The notes beneath the pieces are model-generated. The model worked only from the letters and a program-made list of their open reading frames with translations, was not told the DNA's origin and did not search any database. The position numbers and the translations under genes are program-made. Shown in pieces: positions 11,858 through 23,989 of a DNA stretch of 64,000 nt; positions within the stretch are counted from its first letter, which is position 1, and the number at the start of each line of letters is the position of its first letter. The stretch covers positions 434,001 through 498,000 of the forward strand of contig CM075994.1 in the NCBI GenBank assembly GCA_038087875.1, read 5' to 3'. Source of the stretch: Malacoraja senta. Lineage: Eukaryota.

Positions 11858-11952
11858 GTTATGAACTCAATCCCAGATCTCGGGTTGGATTGTACCTGAC
11901 CATTATCTCAGTGATCACAGCAGTTCTCGTGCTTAGCGTTCTGTTGTACATG
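11858..11952 (+). CDS. Transmembrane exon of the IgSF gene
   Basis: Acceptor ttgtag| (phase 1) and donor |gtgagt (phase 0). Encodes GYELNPRSRVGLYLTIISVITAVLVLSVLLYM. Confidence 0.85.
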
Positions 11953-12564
11953 GTGAGTATTCATTCTCTGGTAAAACCATGTCCTTGTATGTGGTGGTGT
12001 GGAGTCAGTCAGAGGGTGGTGAATCTGTGGGATTCATTGCCACAGACGGCTGTGGAGGTCATGTCAATGGATATTTTCTATAGGTATATAGGTAGATTCT
12101 TCATTAGTACACGTGTCAGAGGGTATGGGGAGAAGGCAGGAGAATGGCGTTAAGAGGGAATGATTGATTGAATAGCGGAGTAGACTTGCTGGGCTGAATG
12201 GCCTAATTCTGCTCCTATGATAGACACAAAATGCTGGAAGGGGGAGAACAAAGGAGGAGCCGGCGTGGGGGGACCGCCATGGTGGGGGGGGGGGCGGTGG
12301 AAGAACAAAGGGGGATCCGGCACGGGAAGGTGGGGGGAGAGGGGAGAACAAAGGGAGATGTGGCGTGGGATACAATGTAACTTTGTAAGGCGACTATTTC
12401 CATACCGTGGGTATGCAAGCGAAGAATTTCACTGCGACAATAAAGTATTCATTCATAATAGCTCATTCACAGGGAAACATAGGCAGATCAGAGAGATGCA
12501 CTGTTAACTCTCTACTATCTGTCTGTGTTTGGACTGCCTCACTCCACTGCTCACATGTGCATCT

Positions 12565-13645
12565 TAGAGTCATAGAGAGTTATAGAGCGATACAGTGTGG
12601 AAATAGGCCCTTCGGCTCAACTCGCCCACACCGGCCAACATTGTCCCAGCTACACTAGTCCTACTTGCCTGCGCTTGGTCCATATCCCTTCAAACCTGTC
12701 CTATCCATCTACCTGTCTAACTGTTTCTTAAACGATGGGATCGTCCCAGCCTCAGCCACCTCCTGCGGCAGCTTGTTCCATACACCCACCACCCTTTGTG
12801 TGAAAAAGTTACCCCTTGGATTCCTATTAAATCTTTTCCCCTTCATCTTGAACCTATGTCCTCTGTTCCTTGATTCCCCTACTCTGGGCAAAAGACTCTG
12901 TACATCTACCTGATCTATTCCTCTCATGATCTTATACACCTCCATAAGATCACCCCTCATCCTCCTGCGCTCCATGGTATAGAGACCCAGCCTACTCCAC
13001 CTCTCCCTATAGCTCACACCCTCTAGCCCTGGCAACATCCTCGTAAATCTTTTCTGAACCGTTTTAAGATTGACAATATTATTCCTATAACATGGTGCCC
13101 AGAACTGAACACAATATTCTAAATGCAGTCTTATGCAACTGCAACATGACCAACTTCTATACTCAATACTCTGTCCAGAGGAGGTTTTCGAGAATGATCC
13201 CAGGAATGAGTGGGTTAACGTACGATGAGCATTTGTCGGCACTGGGCCTGTACTCGCTGGAGTTTAGAAGGACGAGGGGGAACCTCATTGAAACTTACCA
13301 AATGGATGGAGTGAACGTGGAGAGGATGTTTCCACTAGTGAAAGAGTCTAGAACCAGAGGGCATAACCTCAGAATAAAAGGACATATATAACTTTAGTAA
13401 GAAGGAGGAATTTCTTTAGCGAGATGGTGGTGAATCTGTGGAATTCATTGCCACGGACGGCACTGGAGGCCAAGACATTGGGTAGTTTTAAGGTGGATAT
13501 TAAAAAATTCTTGATTCATAATGGTGTCAGGGGTTATAGGGAGAAGGCAGGGGAATGGAGTTAGGAGGGAAAGATAGATCAGCCATGATAGAATGGTGGA
13601 GTAGGCTTGATGGGCCAAATGGCCTAATTCTGCTCCCATGACTTA
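12565..13645. mobile_element. Two CR1 3' fragments in opposite orientation (minus 12565-13172, plus 13173-13645)
   Basis: ORFs 12709..13242 and 13092..13391 show LEYCVQFWAP, RRMRGDL and RTRGH. Confidence 0.85.
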
Positions 13646-13704
13646 TTGAGGCCATGTACATTTAACCTGAGCATTAGTTAATACTGATATTCTGATTCCC
13701 ACAG

Positions 13705-13722
13705 CTCAGACTGAATAAATGA
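13705..13722 (+). CDS. Probable terminal coding exon (LRLNK*) of the IgSF gene
   Basis: Branch-like TACTGAT and acceptor cccacag|. Phase-0 reading gives basic residues right after the transmembrane segment, then TGA. AATAAA overlaps the last codons. Confidence 0.45.
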   Translation, partial: LRLNK

Positions 13723-14476
13723 AGCCCCTCTACTCACTGGGACAAGAGGAACAGGTACATTGGAACATCACCATCTCTCCGTTCCACTCCAGTTCACGAT
13801 GTCGCAATGTTGGTCCCCTTCGCTATACCTTCAGCACAGCTGGAATGAGACCCTGGAACTATCTGGCAAGCTATACTGTGAAAACAGCTTCACCCTAAGT
13901 AATGCAGCAGTTCAAGATATTTCAGATATTGAAACAACCTTTTCATTGCATTCTGCGGGAAATTTATTCCAACTGGAAACAGGGGGTCCCGAGAGAAGAA
14001 GTGTCATTTTCAGAAGGGATGTGACAAGCCTGGTGCACAAAATGGGGTTGAGAGGGAAAGATAGATCAGCCATGATTGAATGGTGGAGTAGACGTTAAGG
14101 CCATCTAGATCTGAATTAGGGTCTTGCCCCGAAACGTCACCCATTCCTTCTATCCAGAGATGTTGCCTGTCCTGTAGAGTTACTCCAGCCTTTTGTGTCT
14201 ATCTTATTATTAATTTATTTTTATTGGAAGCAATTGTACAAGGATAAATCGCTCGGCATCTACCATTATACAATTATTGTACAGCTTCATTTTTTGTTTT
14301 TTGTTTTAATCATAACGAACACACAGTGGACAGAAAACAAAAAACACCAATTAAAGAAACAAACAAAAAAAAACCAACAACGAGTGGGGGGCAGCCAGAA
14401 TATCAATCAAAGTGCAAGATCAAAGTTCGCTCAGATTAAAGACATAGCACAGCAGCAAAATAAACAGATCAGACAA

Positions 14477-17400
14477 TTATGCCTCTTCAAGCAAAATCAA
14501 AAATGGTTTCCACACCTTAAAAAAATAATTTTGTAAATTCCCTTTGTTAAAACGAATCTGTTCCATCTTAGCAATAGGAAGCATTTCGTTGAGCCACCTC
14601 TTAAAACATGGGGAGAGTGGGGACTTCCAATTCAGTACTATTATTTTTTTAGCTGCAACCATACCTGCTCTAAGAATCTGCTTCTGGTGGGAAGGAAGGG
14701 CCCTTGTATTGTCAGAGCAACCAAAAATAGCCAGATTACAATCAGGTGGAATATTTATTTGACATTGTTTGGAAAGACAGTTAAATATGTCACTGCAGAA
14801 ATTACTTAATACTGGACAGTGCCAAAATAAATGTGATAGTGATCCTTCTGCAGTACCACATCTGTCACACATGGAGGAAACCGATTCAAAAATCTTGTTA
14901 AGTTTGGTTTTAGAATAATGTAGTCTATGCAAGACTTTAAATTGAATTAATCTGTATCTAGAACTAATAGAGCAACTCTGTATACCGGACAAACCTTCCT
15001 CCCATAGTTCATTTGACACAGGAGTGCCCAATTCTGCAGCCCAGGCCTCCCTGAGATGACCAGCTTCAACTGGTGTCGTAAAGGCAGTGACAAAGCGGGA
15101 GATCAAGTGTTTAGAGTCAGGCTGTGAGAGAAGTAGATCATAAAGAATGTGACTTTTTGGTTTGACTATGAATTCTGGGATATGCTCCCGTACAAAATGC
15201 CTGACTTGAAGGTAGCGATAGAAGTGTTGTTGAGGAAGGCGATATTTAGTTTGGAGCTGAAAAAATGAGGCAAATTTATTATCTATGTTAAGAAGATTCA
15301 ATTGTTGGGTATTAATGGTGGAGTAGCAAGATGGATTCAACAGTGGCTGAATGGGAGATGCCAGAGAGTAACGGTGGATGGCTGTTTGTCAGGTTGGAGG
15401 CCGGTGACTAGTGGGGTGCCTCAGGGGTCTGTGTTGGGTCCACTGTTGTTTGTCATGTACATCAATGATCTGGATGAAGGTGTGGAAAATTGGATTAGTA
15501 AGTATGCAGATGATACTAAGATAGGTGGTGTTGTGGATAATGAAGTAGATTTTCAAAGTCTACAGAGAGATTTAGGCCATTTGGAAGAGTGGGCTGAAAG
15601 ATGGCAGATGGAGTTTAATGCTGACAAATGTGAGGTGCTACATCTCGGCAGGACAAATCAAAATAGGACGTACACGGTAAATGGTAGCGAATTGAGGAAT
15701 GCAGTTGAACAGAGGGATCTAGGAATAACTGTGCATAGTTCCCTGAAGGTGGAATCTCATGTAGATAGGGTGGTAAAGAAAGCTTTTGGTGTGCTGGCCT
15801 TTATAAATCAGAGCATTGAATATAGAAGTTGGGATGTAATGTTAAAATTGTACAAGGCATTGGTGAGGCCAATTCTGGAGTATGGAGCACAATTTTGGTC
15901 GCCTAATTATAGGAAGGATGTCAACAAAATAGAGAGAGTACAGAGGAGATTTACTAGAATGTTGCCTGGGTTTCAGCAACTAAGTTACAGAGAAAGGTTG
16001 AACAAGTTAGGTCTTTATTCTTTGGAGCGCAGAAGGTTAAGAGGGGACTTGATAGAGGTCTTTAAAATTATGAGCGGGTTAGACAGAGTGGACGTGGATA
16101 AGCTTTTCCCATTGAGAGTAGGGAAGATTCAAACAAGGGGACATGACTTGAGAATTAAGGGACAGAAGTTTAGGGGGAACATTAGGGGGAACTTCTTTAC
16201 TCAGAGAGTGGTAGCTGTGTGGAATGAGCTTCCAGTGGAAGTGGTGGAGGCAGGTTCGATGTTATCCTTTAAAAATAGATTGGATGGGTATATGGACGGG
16301 AAAGGAATGGAGGGTTATGGTCTGAGTGCAGGTAGATGGGACTAGGGGGAAGTATTTTATTTTTAATTTAAAAGAAAAAAAAAAAAAAAAAAAAAAAATT
16401 TAAATGTTCGGCACGGACTTGAAGGGCCGACATGGCCTGTTTCCGTGCTGTTATGGTTATATGGTTATATGGTTATATCATCAATACAACACAGCCCCTT
16501 CCCCCTCCAGTCCAGAAACACTCTATCCATCAGTGCCGGTTTGAACAAGTGATTGTGTACTATAGGGGTATACACTGAGATATTTACCAATCCAATTTTT
16601 TTTTTAATTTGATTCAGAATCCTTACGGAGTTTCTGAGAATGAAGTTATGGCCAACTAATTTGTAGGGAACCTGTGCTCCGAAAAAGAGCAACACTGGGA
16701 GAGAGGTCTCTGAAACAAACATGGATTCAATTTTTAGCCAGAGTGGGGAAACATCATCAGGAAAGCCCCACTGCCAGAAAGTGAGAGCCCTCGCATTTGC
16801 AGCCCAGTAGTAATGCTTCAGTACCGGAAGGCCGAGGCCACCCCTGTCCACATTTTTCTGTAGGTGGGCTTTAGCAATGCGAGTGGATTTGTCTGCCCAG
16901 ACAAATGAGAGTATAACCGAATCCAGTTGTTTGAAAAAAGACAAAGGTAAGTAGACAGGAAGGTTTTGGAAAAGATACAAAAATCTTGGAAGTGCAACCA
17001 TTTTAATAGCATTGATGCGACCTATCATTGAGAAGGGAAGCAGCTTCCAGCACCTAATGCTAGCTTTTAATTTGTCTACCATGTCCAAAAAATTCAATTT
17101 AAGTAGAAGTTTGGGGTTTCTGGAAATCTTCAGTCCAAGATAGGTAAAGTGGGTGGTAACTAATTTAAATGGCAAAGATTTCAAGAAAGCAGGGCTCAAA
17201 TTATTCGTCAAGGGCATGAATTCACTTTTATCCCAGTTAATTGTATATCCTGACAGTTTACCAAATGACTTAATGTAGTTCAAAAGGTTGGGAACTGACA
17301 CTACCGGATCAGATAAACAAATTAATAAATCATCCGCACATAAATTCACAAGACTTTCAACATTACCAAATTTTACACCATGAATACCCGGGTGACCCCT

Positions 17401-19458
17401 AATTCCTATTGCAAGAGGTTCTAAAGCGATATCAAACAGCAGGGGAGAAAGGGGATCACCCTGTCTCACACCGCGCTGCAGGTCAAAAGGTTGGGATTTT
17501 TCTGTGTTAGTCAGAATAGAAGATACTGGATTTGAATAAATTATTGTAATCCACTCTATAAAGTTCATCCCGAACCCAAACTGTTTTAACGTCTCTAGCA
17601 TATAGGGCCATTCGATCTGATCGAAAGCCTTCTGAGCATCGAGAGATAGGATGGCAGCTTGTGTATCCTTGTCATGAACCAAATATAATGTATTTAACAG
17701 CAGACGAACATTACTAAATGAGAATCTACCTGGTATAAATCCAGTCTGATCAGGATGTACAATTTTTTAGATATGCTTACCCAATTTTGTGGCCAGGACT
17801 TTAATTATCATCTTCTGGTCACAGTTCAGAAGAGCGATTGGGCTGTAACTTGCAGGGTCAGTCTCTGCTTTTCCCTTTTTCAGGAGCAAGCAAACATTAG
17901 CTTCATAGAGTGAGCTGGGGAGCCTCTTGTTTTTCACTGAATCATTCACCATTCTTAACATGAGAGGGACTATTTTTCCATGAAACGCCTTATAGAATTC
18001 GCAGCCGAAGCCATCTGGGCCTGCTGCTTTTCCAGAGGGAAATGCTCGGATAGCTTCCAGAAGGTCATCTACAGAAATCTGAGTGTCAATGTCATCTCTA
18101 GATGCTCCATCAAGTTGTGGAATATTTAGGTTAGTGAAAAAATTACAAATATCTGTTTCAGTGGGCTTTACTTTACTGGAATAAAGTTCTTTATAAATGT
18201 CCCTGAAGCAAGCATTTATATGCTTCAGGTCAGTAACCAGTATACCTGATTTTAATTTAATCCTATGAATGGCACGATTAGCTTGCTCACCTCTAAGTTG
18301 ACTTGCTAATAATTTCTCTGGTTTATCACCGAGTTCAAAGTATTTCTGTTTGAGCTTTAGTAATTGGCTGCTAAGACGTTTATTGAGGATAGTATTATAT
18401 TCATATTTTAGTTTTAAGATCTTATTGTAGACAGACTGTAAGAGAGAGGATCTATATGTCTCTTCAAGCACTGGAAGCATCTTATCAATATCCCTAAGGT
18501 GATGATTAAGTTCTCTTTTTGTATATGATTCAAATGAAATAATATGGCCTCTCATCACAACTTTAAAAGCCTCCCATAAAGTGGAATCAGAGACTTCCCC
18601 ATTATCATTTATGGTAAGAAACTCATCTATACATGCAGTCATTTGGTCAATAAAAGAGTGATCATTAAGAAGAAGAGGGTTGAAGCGCCAGCTGTACTTT
18701 TGTTTGGACAGAATATCTTTAAATTGAAGTGACACCGGACTATGGTCAGAAATCAAAATATTATGATAGGTGGAATTTGTTATACTGGACAGTAATTCAG
18801 ACAAAATCAAAAAATAGTCAATCCTAGTGTAAGATTTGTGGACATGAGAATAGAAAGAGAAATCTCTGTTAGTAGGATGCTGCAGTCGCCAAATGTCAAC
18901 CATGTTCCTAGTCTTAGTTAAATCATTTAAAGTTTGCACTGAGGCTATGGTAGGAGCCGGTTTTGTTGACAGTCTGTCCAGGATTGGGTCTAAATAACAA
19001 TTGAAGTCACCTCCAATAATGACATTAGGGCTAGAGGCTGGTATCATATCAAAAAATTTACGAAAAAAATCAGGATTATCAACATTTGGGGCATAGATGT
19101 TAAGCATAGTTATTGGAAGTGAATTTATGTGACCTGAAATCATTAAGTATCTGCCATAAGGGTCTGCTATCATAGAGTCAAGGCGAAATGTAATACTTTT
19201 ACGAAAAAGAATAGCAACCCCTCTGGCCTTACGAGTAAAAGGCGCTTGGAAAACCTGAGAAATCCAGTTTGCTTTCAGTCTACCCTGTTCGTTTACCCCG
19301 ATGCGCATTTCTTGCATAAAAATTATATCCGACTTCAATAATTTGAGATGTGAGAAAACGCGACCCCTTTTAATTACATGACCAAGACCCTTCACATTCC
19401 ATGAGACTAAAGTTAAGTTGTTATTAATGCTGCTATGTGCAGTACTGTCAGGTACTGA
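14477..19458 (-). pseudogene. L1 ORF2 (APE endonuclease, RT, C-terminal Cys-rich region), disrupted
   Basis: SWNVKGL, GGDFN, TRIDYF, SDHSP, GPDG, LDAQKAFD, RQGDPLSP, ADDLL and CDRC..HLFWHC. Split by a stop at 17767 and by the CR1 insertion. Confidence 0.92.
15287..16478 (+). mobile_element. Young 5'-truncated CR1 LINE nested in L1 ORF2
   Basis: Open 347-aa RT C-terminus (GVPQGSVLGP, YADDTK) and an (ATATGGTT)n tail; nearly identical to ~46580-47724. Confidence 0.95.
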
Positions 19459-19859
19459 CATTATCCCTGAGACAAAGACGATCCGGCATTCCTCCAAAAA
19501 AACACAAAAGACAATAAAAAACACATAAACACCACACATTGCGGTGCAAAACATCACACTCACACAACCCCCTAAACATATTCCCTACCCACCCACAGAG
19601 TGCCTCCCCAAACGAAGCACGGGTGTCCCTCTAAGCCTGGGACCGCTAAACGCACGCGAGGTGAGTACCTCCAAAAACAAAACAAAAAAAAGTAGCTAGC
19701 TGAATAAAGCTACAGGAAGCTCCGCCGCCAGCCACGACAGAATTAAATAAAATAACATAAATTGACAGTCTCATAAAAACCAATTGAATTTTCTGAACTG
19801 CAAAGAGTCACGTTAAAACATAATCAACCCTCTGAACACTCAGAGTGACGTCAGAGTTT

Positions 19860-20720
19860 TTAAGATATGTCTTTTAACTCAGTGTTCAGAAATGACGTTG
19901 CCTCACCCGGTGTAGTGAAAACCGTGACGCGGCCCTTGTGTTTGATGCGGAGCTTTGCTGGAAAGAGGAGACTATGCTCTACCTTGAGTTCCCACAGCTC
20001 GCCCAACACATCGCTGAATTCCCGTCGTTGCCGCATCACATCTGGTGTGTAGTCCGGGAAGATAAGCACCTTATTGCCTTTATACACCAGCTCTCGGGCC
20101 CTCCGCAGTCGCAGTATAAGCTCCTTCACCCAATAAAAATGGACCCGTGCGATAATGGCGCGGGGCCTGGCTCCCTCCGGGGGTGGCGGTCGCAGGATCC
20201 GGTGTGCCCGGTCGATAATCACCTTGGACTGGAAGTTGTCGTCTCCAAGAAGTTTCGGTATCAGAGCCTCGATGAATTCCGTCGGTTTACCCCCTTCCTC
20301 TAGCTCAGGTATGCCAATAATTTTAATATTATTGCGGCGTGACCGACCCTCGAGGTCCTCCACCTTGAGTTTGAGTGAGCTGTTCTCATCCTTCAGGCCG
20401 GAGAATGACTTTTCCAGGAAGCTAATACGGCTTTCTTGCTCCTGCACCTGCTCCTCGATAAACTCTACCTTCTCCAACAGTTCCTTTTGGGAGCTTTGTA
20501 CTGCCTGAAGAGTCTGCTCCAACTTGTCAAACCTGACATTAATGTGTTTGAGTATCTTATCGGAGACCTTCTCCCAGATCAGCGGCAAGTCATCGATGTC
20601 GTCACCACCTGTAACTTGACCCGGAGCTCGACTGTGGGAGCTGCCGCTAGCATTGCTAGCATTAACATTAGCTGAAGCTAGTCGGAGCGACTCAGTGTCT
20701 TTAGACTTCTTTTGAGGCAT
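19860..20720 (-). CDS. L1 ORF1p (coiled coil plus RRM/CTD)
   Basis: Intact 286 aa with DLEGRSRRNNIKIIGIPE, IDRAHR, PRAIIAR, IFPDY and FPAKLRI. Confidence 0.93.
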   Translation of the reverse strand: MPQKKSKDTESLRLASANVNASNASGSSHSRAPGQVTGGDDIDDLPLIWEKVSDKILKHINVRFDKLEQTLQAVQSSQKELLEKVEFIEEQVQEQESRISFLEKSFSGLKDENSSLKLKVEDLEGRSRRNNIKIIGIPELEEGGKPTEFIEALIPKLLGDDNFQSKVIIDRAHRILRPPPPEGARPRAIIARVHFYWVKELILRLRRARELVYKGNKVLIFPDYTPDVMRQRREFSDVLGELWELKVEHSLLFPAKLRIKHKGRVTVFTTPGEATSFLNTELKDIS

Positions 20721-20977
20721 GACGTCCCGAAAAATCAGTTAGCCGGACCTCTACTGTGTCAGGAAAGTTCCCGAGGCAGGTGAAAAAAAAATGTGAGACT
20801 ATATAAATACCAAATATAAAAACTGGCATGGAGGAGCCTCTGGAAGCACGTCTACTCCATGCGCTGCTCACTAGCGCCCCTTTTCTGCTTATGGCTTAAT
20901 TCTGCTCCCATGACTTATTGAGGCCATGTACATTTAACCTGAGCATTAGTTAATACTGATATTCTGAATCCCAACAG

Positions 20978-20995
20978 CTTAGACTGTCTTCTTGA
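20978..20995 (+). CDS. Duplicate terminal exon candidate (LRLSS*)
   Basis: Paralogous copy of 13705-13722 with acceptor ccaacag|. A 6-bp difference changes the tail. Confidence 0.3.
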   Translation, partial: LRLSS

Positions 20996-21649
20996 ATAAA
21001 TGAAGCCCCTCTACTCACTGGGACAAGAGGAACAGGTACATTGGAACATCACCATCTCTCCGTTCCACTCCAGTTCACGATGTCCCAATGTTGGTCTCCT
21101 TCGCTATAACTTCAGCACAGCGGGATTGCGATCCTGGAACTATCTGGCAAGCTAAACTGTGAAAACAGCTTCACCCTAAGTAATGCAGCAGTTCAAGATA
21201 TTTCAGATATTGAAACAACCTTTTCATTGCATTCTGCGGGAAATTTATTCCAACTGGAAACGGGGTCCCGAGAGAAGAAGTGTCATTTTCAGAAGGGATG
21301 TGACAAGCCTGGTGCACAAAATGGGGCTGAGAGGGAAAGATAGATCAGCCATGATTGAATGGTGGAGTAGACTTGATGGGCCGTTAAGGCCATCTAGATC
21401 TGAATTAGGGTCTTGCCCCGAAACGTCACCCATTCCTTCTATCCAGAGATGCTGCCTGTCCTGTAGAGTTACTCCAGCCTTTTGTGTCTATCTTTAGTGT
21501 GAACCAGCATCTGCTGATCTTTCCTACACAAGATAAGGTCACGGTATCTGGAAAAGTACGTTAGCATGGCTTGAATACGGCTTATAAAAACAGAAGAAAC
21601 TGGTATTTCTCAGGCTGAAATGCAAGTCGTGGATTGCCCCAAGATCAGC

Positions 21650-21952
21650 TTAGTTTAGTTTAGTTTAGAGATACAGCATGGAAACAGGCCCTTCGGTCCA
21701 CCGAGTCCGCACCGACCAGGGATCCCCACACATTAACGCCACCCTACACACACTAGGGACAATTTTACATTTTATACCAAGCCAATTAACCTACAAACCT
21801 GCACGTCTTTGGAGTGTGGGAGGAAACTAGATCTCAGAGAAAATCTACGCAGGTAATGGGGAGAATTTACAGACAGCACCCGTAGTCTGGAACGAATTCT
21901 GGTCTCTGGCGCTGCAAGGCAGTAGCTCTACTGCTGCGCCACCGTGCCGCCC
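21650..21952 (-). mobile_element. HE1-like V-SINE, full length
   Basis: Minus-strand head GGCGGCACGGTGGCGCAGC, V-domain and (TTTAG)n tail. Confidence 0.85.
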
Positions 21953-22086
21953 ATTCTTTACTTTTGATTGCTGTTCATGATATGGGAGGGAGAAGAGTGG
22001 AACCTAAGATCGACACAACAGCTGGAGTAACTCAGCAGGCAGGGCAGCATCTCTGGAGAGAAAGAATGCCTGACAATTCGGGTTGA

Positions 22087-22930
22087 TACGATACAATGAT
22101 ACAATTTATTTGTTGTCATTTGAACCTCATTGAGGTTCAAACGAAATTTGGTTTCTGCAGTCATACAAACAAGTAGAAGAACCAAGACACAACACAATTT
22201 ACACAACCATCCATCACAGCGAATCTCCTCCTCGCTGTGATGGAAGGCAAAGTCTTATCTCTCCCCTGCACTCCACATTCTCCTCCCGATGTCAGAGTCA
22301 AAGCCCCCGGCAGGCGATGGTAAATAAGTCCCGCGGCCATTAAAGCCACGCTGGGCGATGCAAGGCCGCGCTCCGGGTCTTGATGTTGGAGCCCCCGGCG
22401 GGCGCTAGCAAGTCCCGCGGCCATTAAAGCCGCGCCGGGCGATGTTAGGCCCCGCTCCAGGTCATTTTCAACCCCGCAACTTGGGCGGGAGAAGTTGCCG
22501 TTGTGGGAGCTCCGAAAAGCGGTCTCCCATAAGGGACCCGCGAGCTCCCGATGTCACCGTCCACCAGGCCGGCGGCTGGAGCCTCTGAATCTCCGGGGTC
22601 GGGTCGCAGCCGCGCCGCCACCACAGCTCCTCCCGTTCCAAACTCGGCCAGCTCCGCGATGGTGAGTAGTCTGCAGGCTCCGCGACTGGAGCCCCAGATC
22701 GTTGCAGTTGGAGGCTGCTCCATGGTGCATGGCCCCAACGACAACGGAGACCCGACAGGGAAAAGGTCGGGTCCTCCATACAGGGAAAAGATTTTAAAAG
22801 TTTCCCCACCCCACACGCACATACCCAGTTAAAAAAACACTATAACTACACTCAAACGAGACAAAAAATAAAAAAAGACAGATGGACTGCAGAGGCTGCT
22901 GCGACGTGAGTCGTGCCGCCCACCACAGAT
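22087..22930 (-). mobile_element. GC-rich non-coding retroposon with a (GATACAAT)n-type tail, inserted in a Penelope pLTR
   Basis: It interrupts the GGGT.GA|GACCCT motif. Short-repeat tail at 22087-22105; no convincing ORF. Confidence 0.5.
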
Positions 22931-23749
22931 AGACCCTTTTTTCAGTGGAACCAGTCTGAAGAAGGGTTTCGGCCTGAAACGTTGCCTATCTCCTTCGCTC
23001 CATAGATGCAGCTGCACCCGCTGAGTTTTTCCAGCATTTTTGTGTACCTTCAGTGGAACCTAGGCAGGTTTGGCAACAGCACAATATTTATATACTCATT
23101 TATTTACACTGGTCATGATATATTTACAGTAAACTCCGCTGTGTACGCAGCAAAGAGATAACATAAACATTGCTTTTTCACTGGCACAAATTCTTAAAGG
23201 AGGAGATATTCCTTAGAAATAGGAACGATGGGTAAGATGGACACCAGAACAAAGGTGATAATGTTGCATTCCCCAGTATATATATCAAAGATAGACACAA
23301 AATGCTGGAGTAACTCAGCGGGTCAGGGAACATCTCTGGAGGAAATGGGTTGCTGACATTTCAGAGGTGGGAGCAGGACTGAATGCTGGAAGAGAGAAGG
23401 AGCCGGACGAAACATAGCCGGCCACAGATGACCTCAGGCGAGGGGGTTCCCTGATAGCCAGATTGTTTGATACAGGCAAAAGGTAGAATCAGGTGTAAGC
23501 CCATATGAAATACATAGTTGCAAACTTTAATTCAGTTTAGAGATACAGCATGAAAACAAACCAAAACCGTGGTATCACGTCCACCCACCACCATAATACA
23601 GAATCACCAAATTATCTTGTGCACTAAATTAATAAAATAACCATAATACAATTCTTATTGTGGATACATTCCACTCCCGCAGTGCCCAGCGGTCCCAGAA
23701 ATCACCCAGAGTGCCCGTGGACAGCGCGTTATCCCTCTCCAGTATCACC

Positions 23750-23949
23750 NNNNNNNNNNNNNNNNNNNNNNNNNNNNNNNNNNNNNNNNNNNNNNNNNNN
23801 NNNNNNNNNNNNNNNNNNNNNNNNNNNNNNNNNNNNNNNNNNNNNNNNNNNNNNNNNNNNNNNNNNNNNNNNNNNNNNNNNNNNNNNNNNNNNNNNNNNN
23901 NNNNNNNNNNNNNNNNNNNNNNNNNNNNNNNNNNNNNNNNNNNNNNNNN
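23750..23949. other. Assembly gap (200 N)
   Basis: Run of N. Confidence 1.
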
Positions 23950-23989
23950 TCACGCATACACGCTCAGAATTCCCTGCCTTACAATTCCA

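Larger units (their letters stand above)
14206..20880 (-). mobile_element. Full-length L1 LINE (5'UTR, ORF1, ORF2, A-rich tail), interrupted by a CR1
   Basis: 5' end GGGGCGCTAGTGAGC at 20880, followed by ORF1 and ORF2 segments. The T-rich tail on the + strand starts at 14206. Confidence 0.95.
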
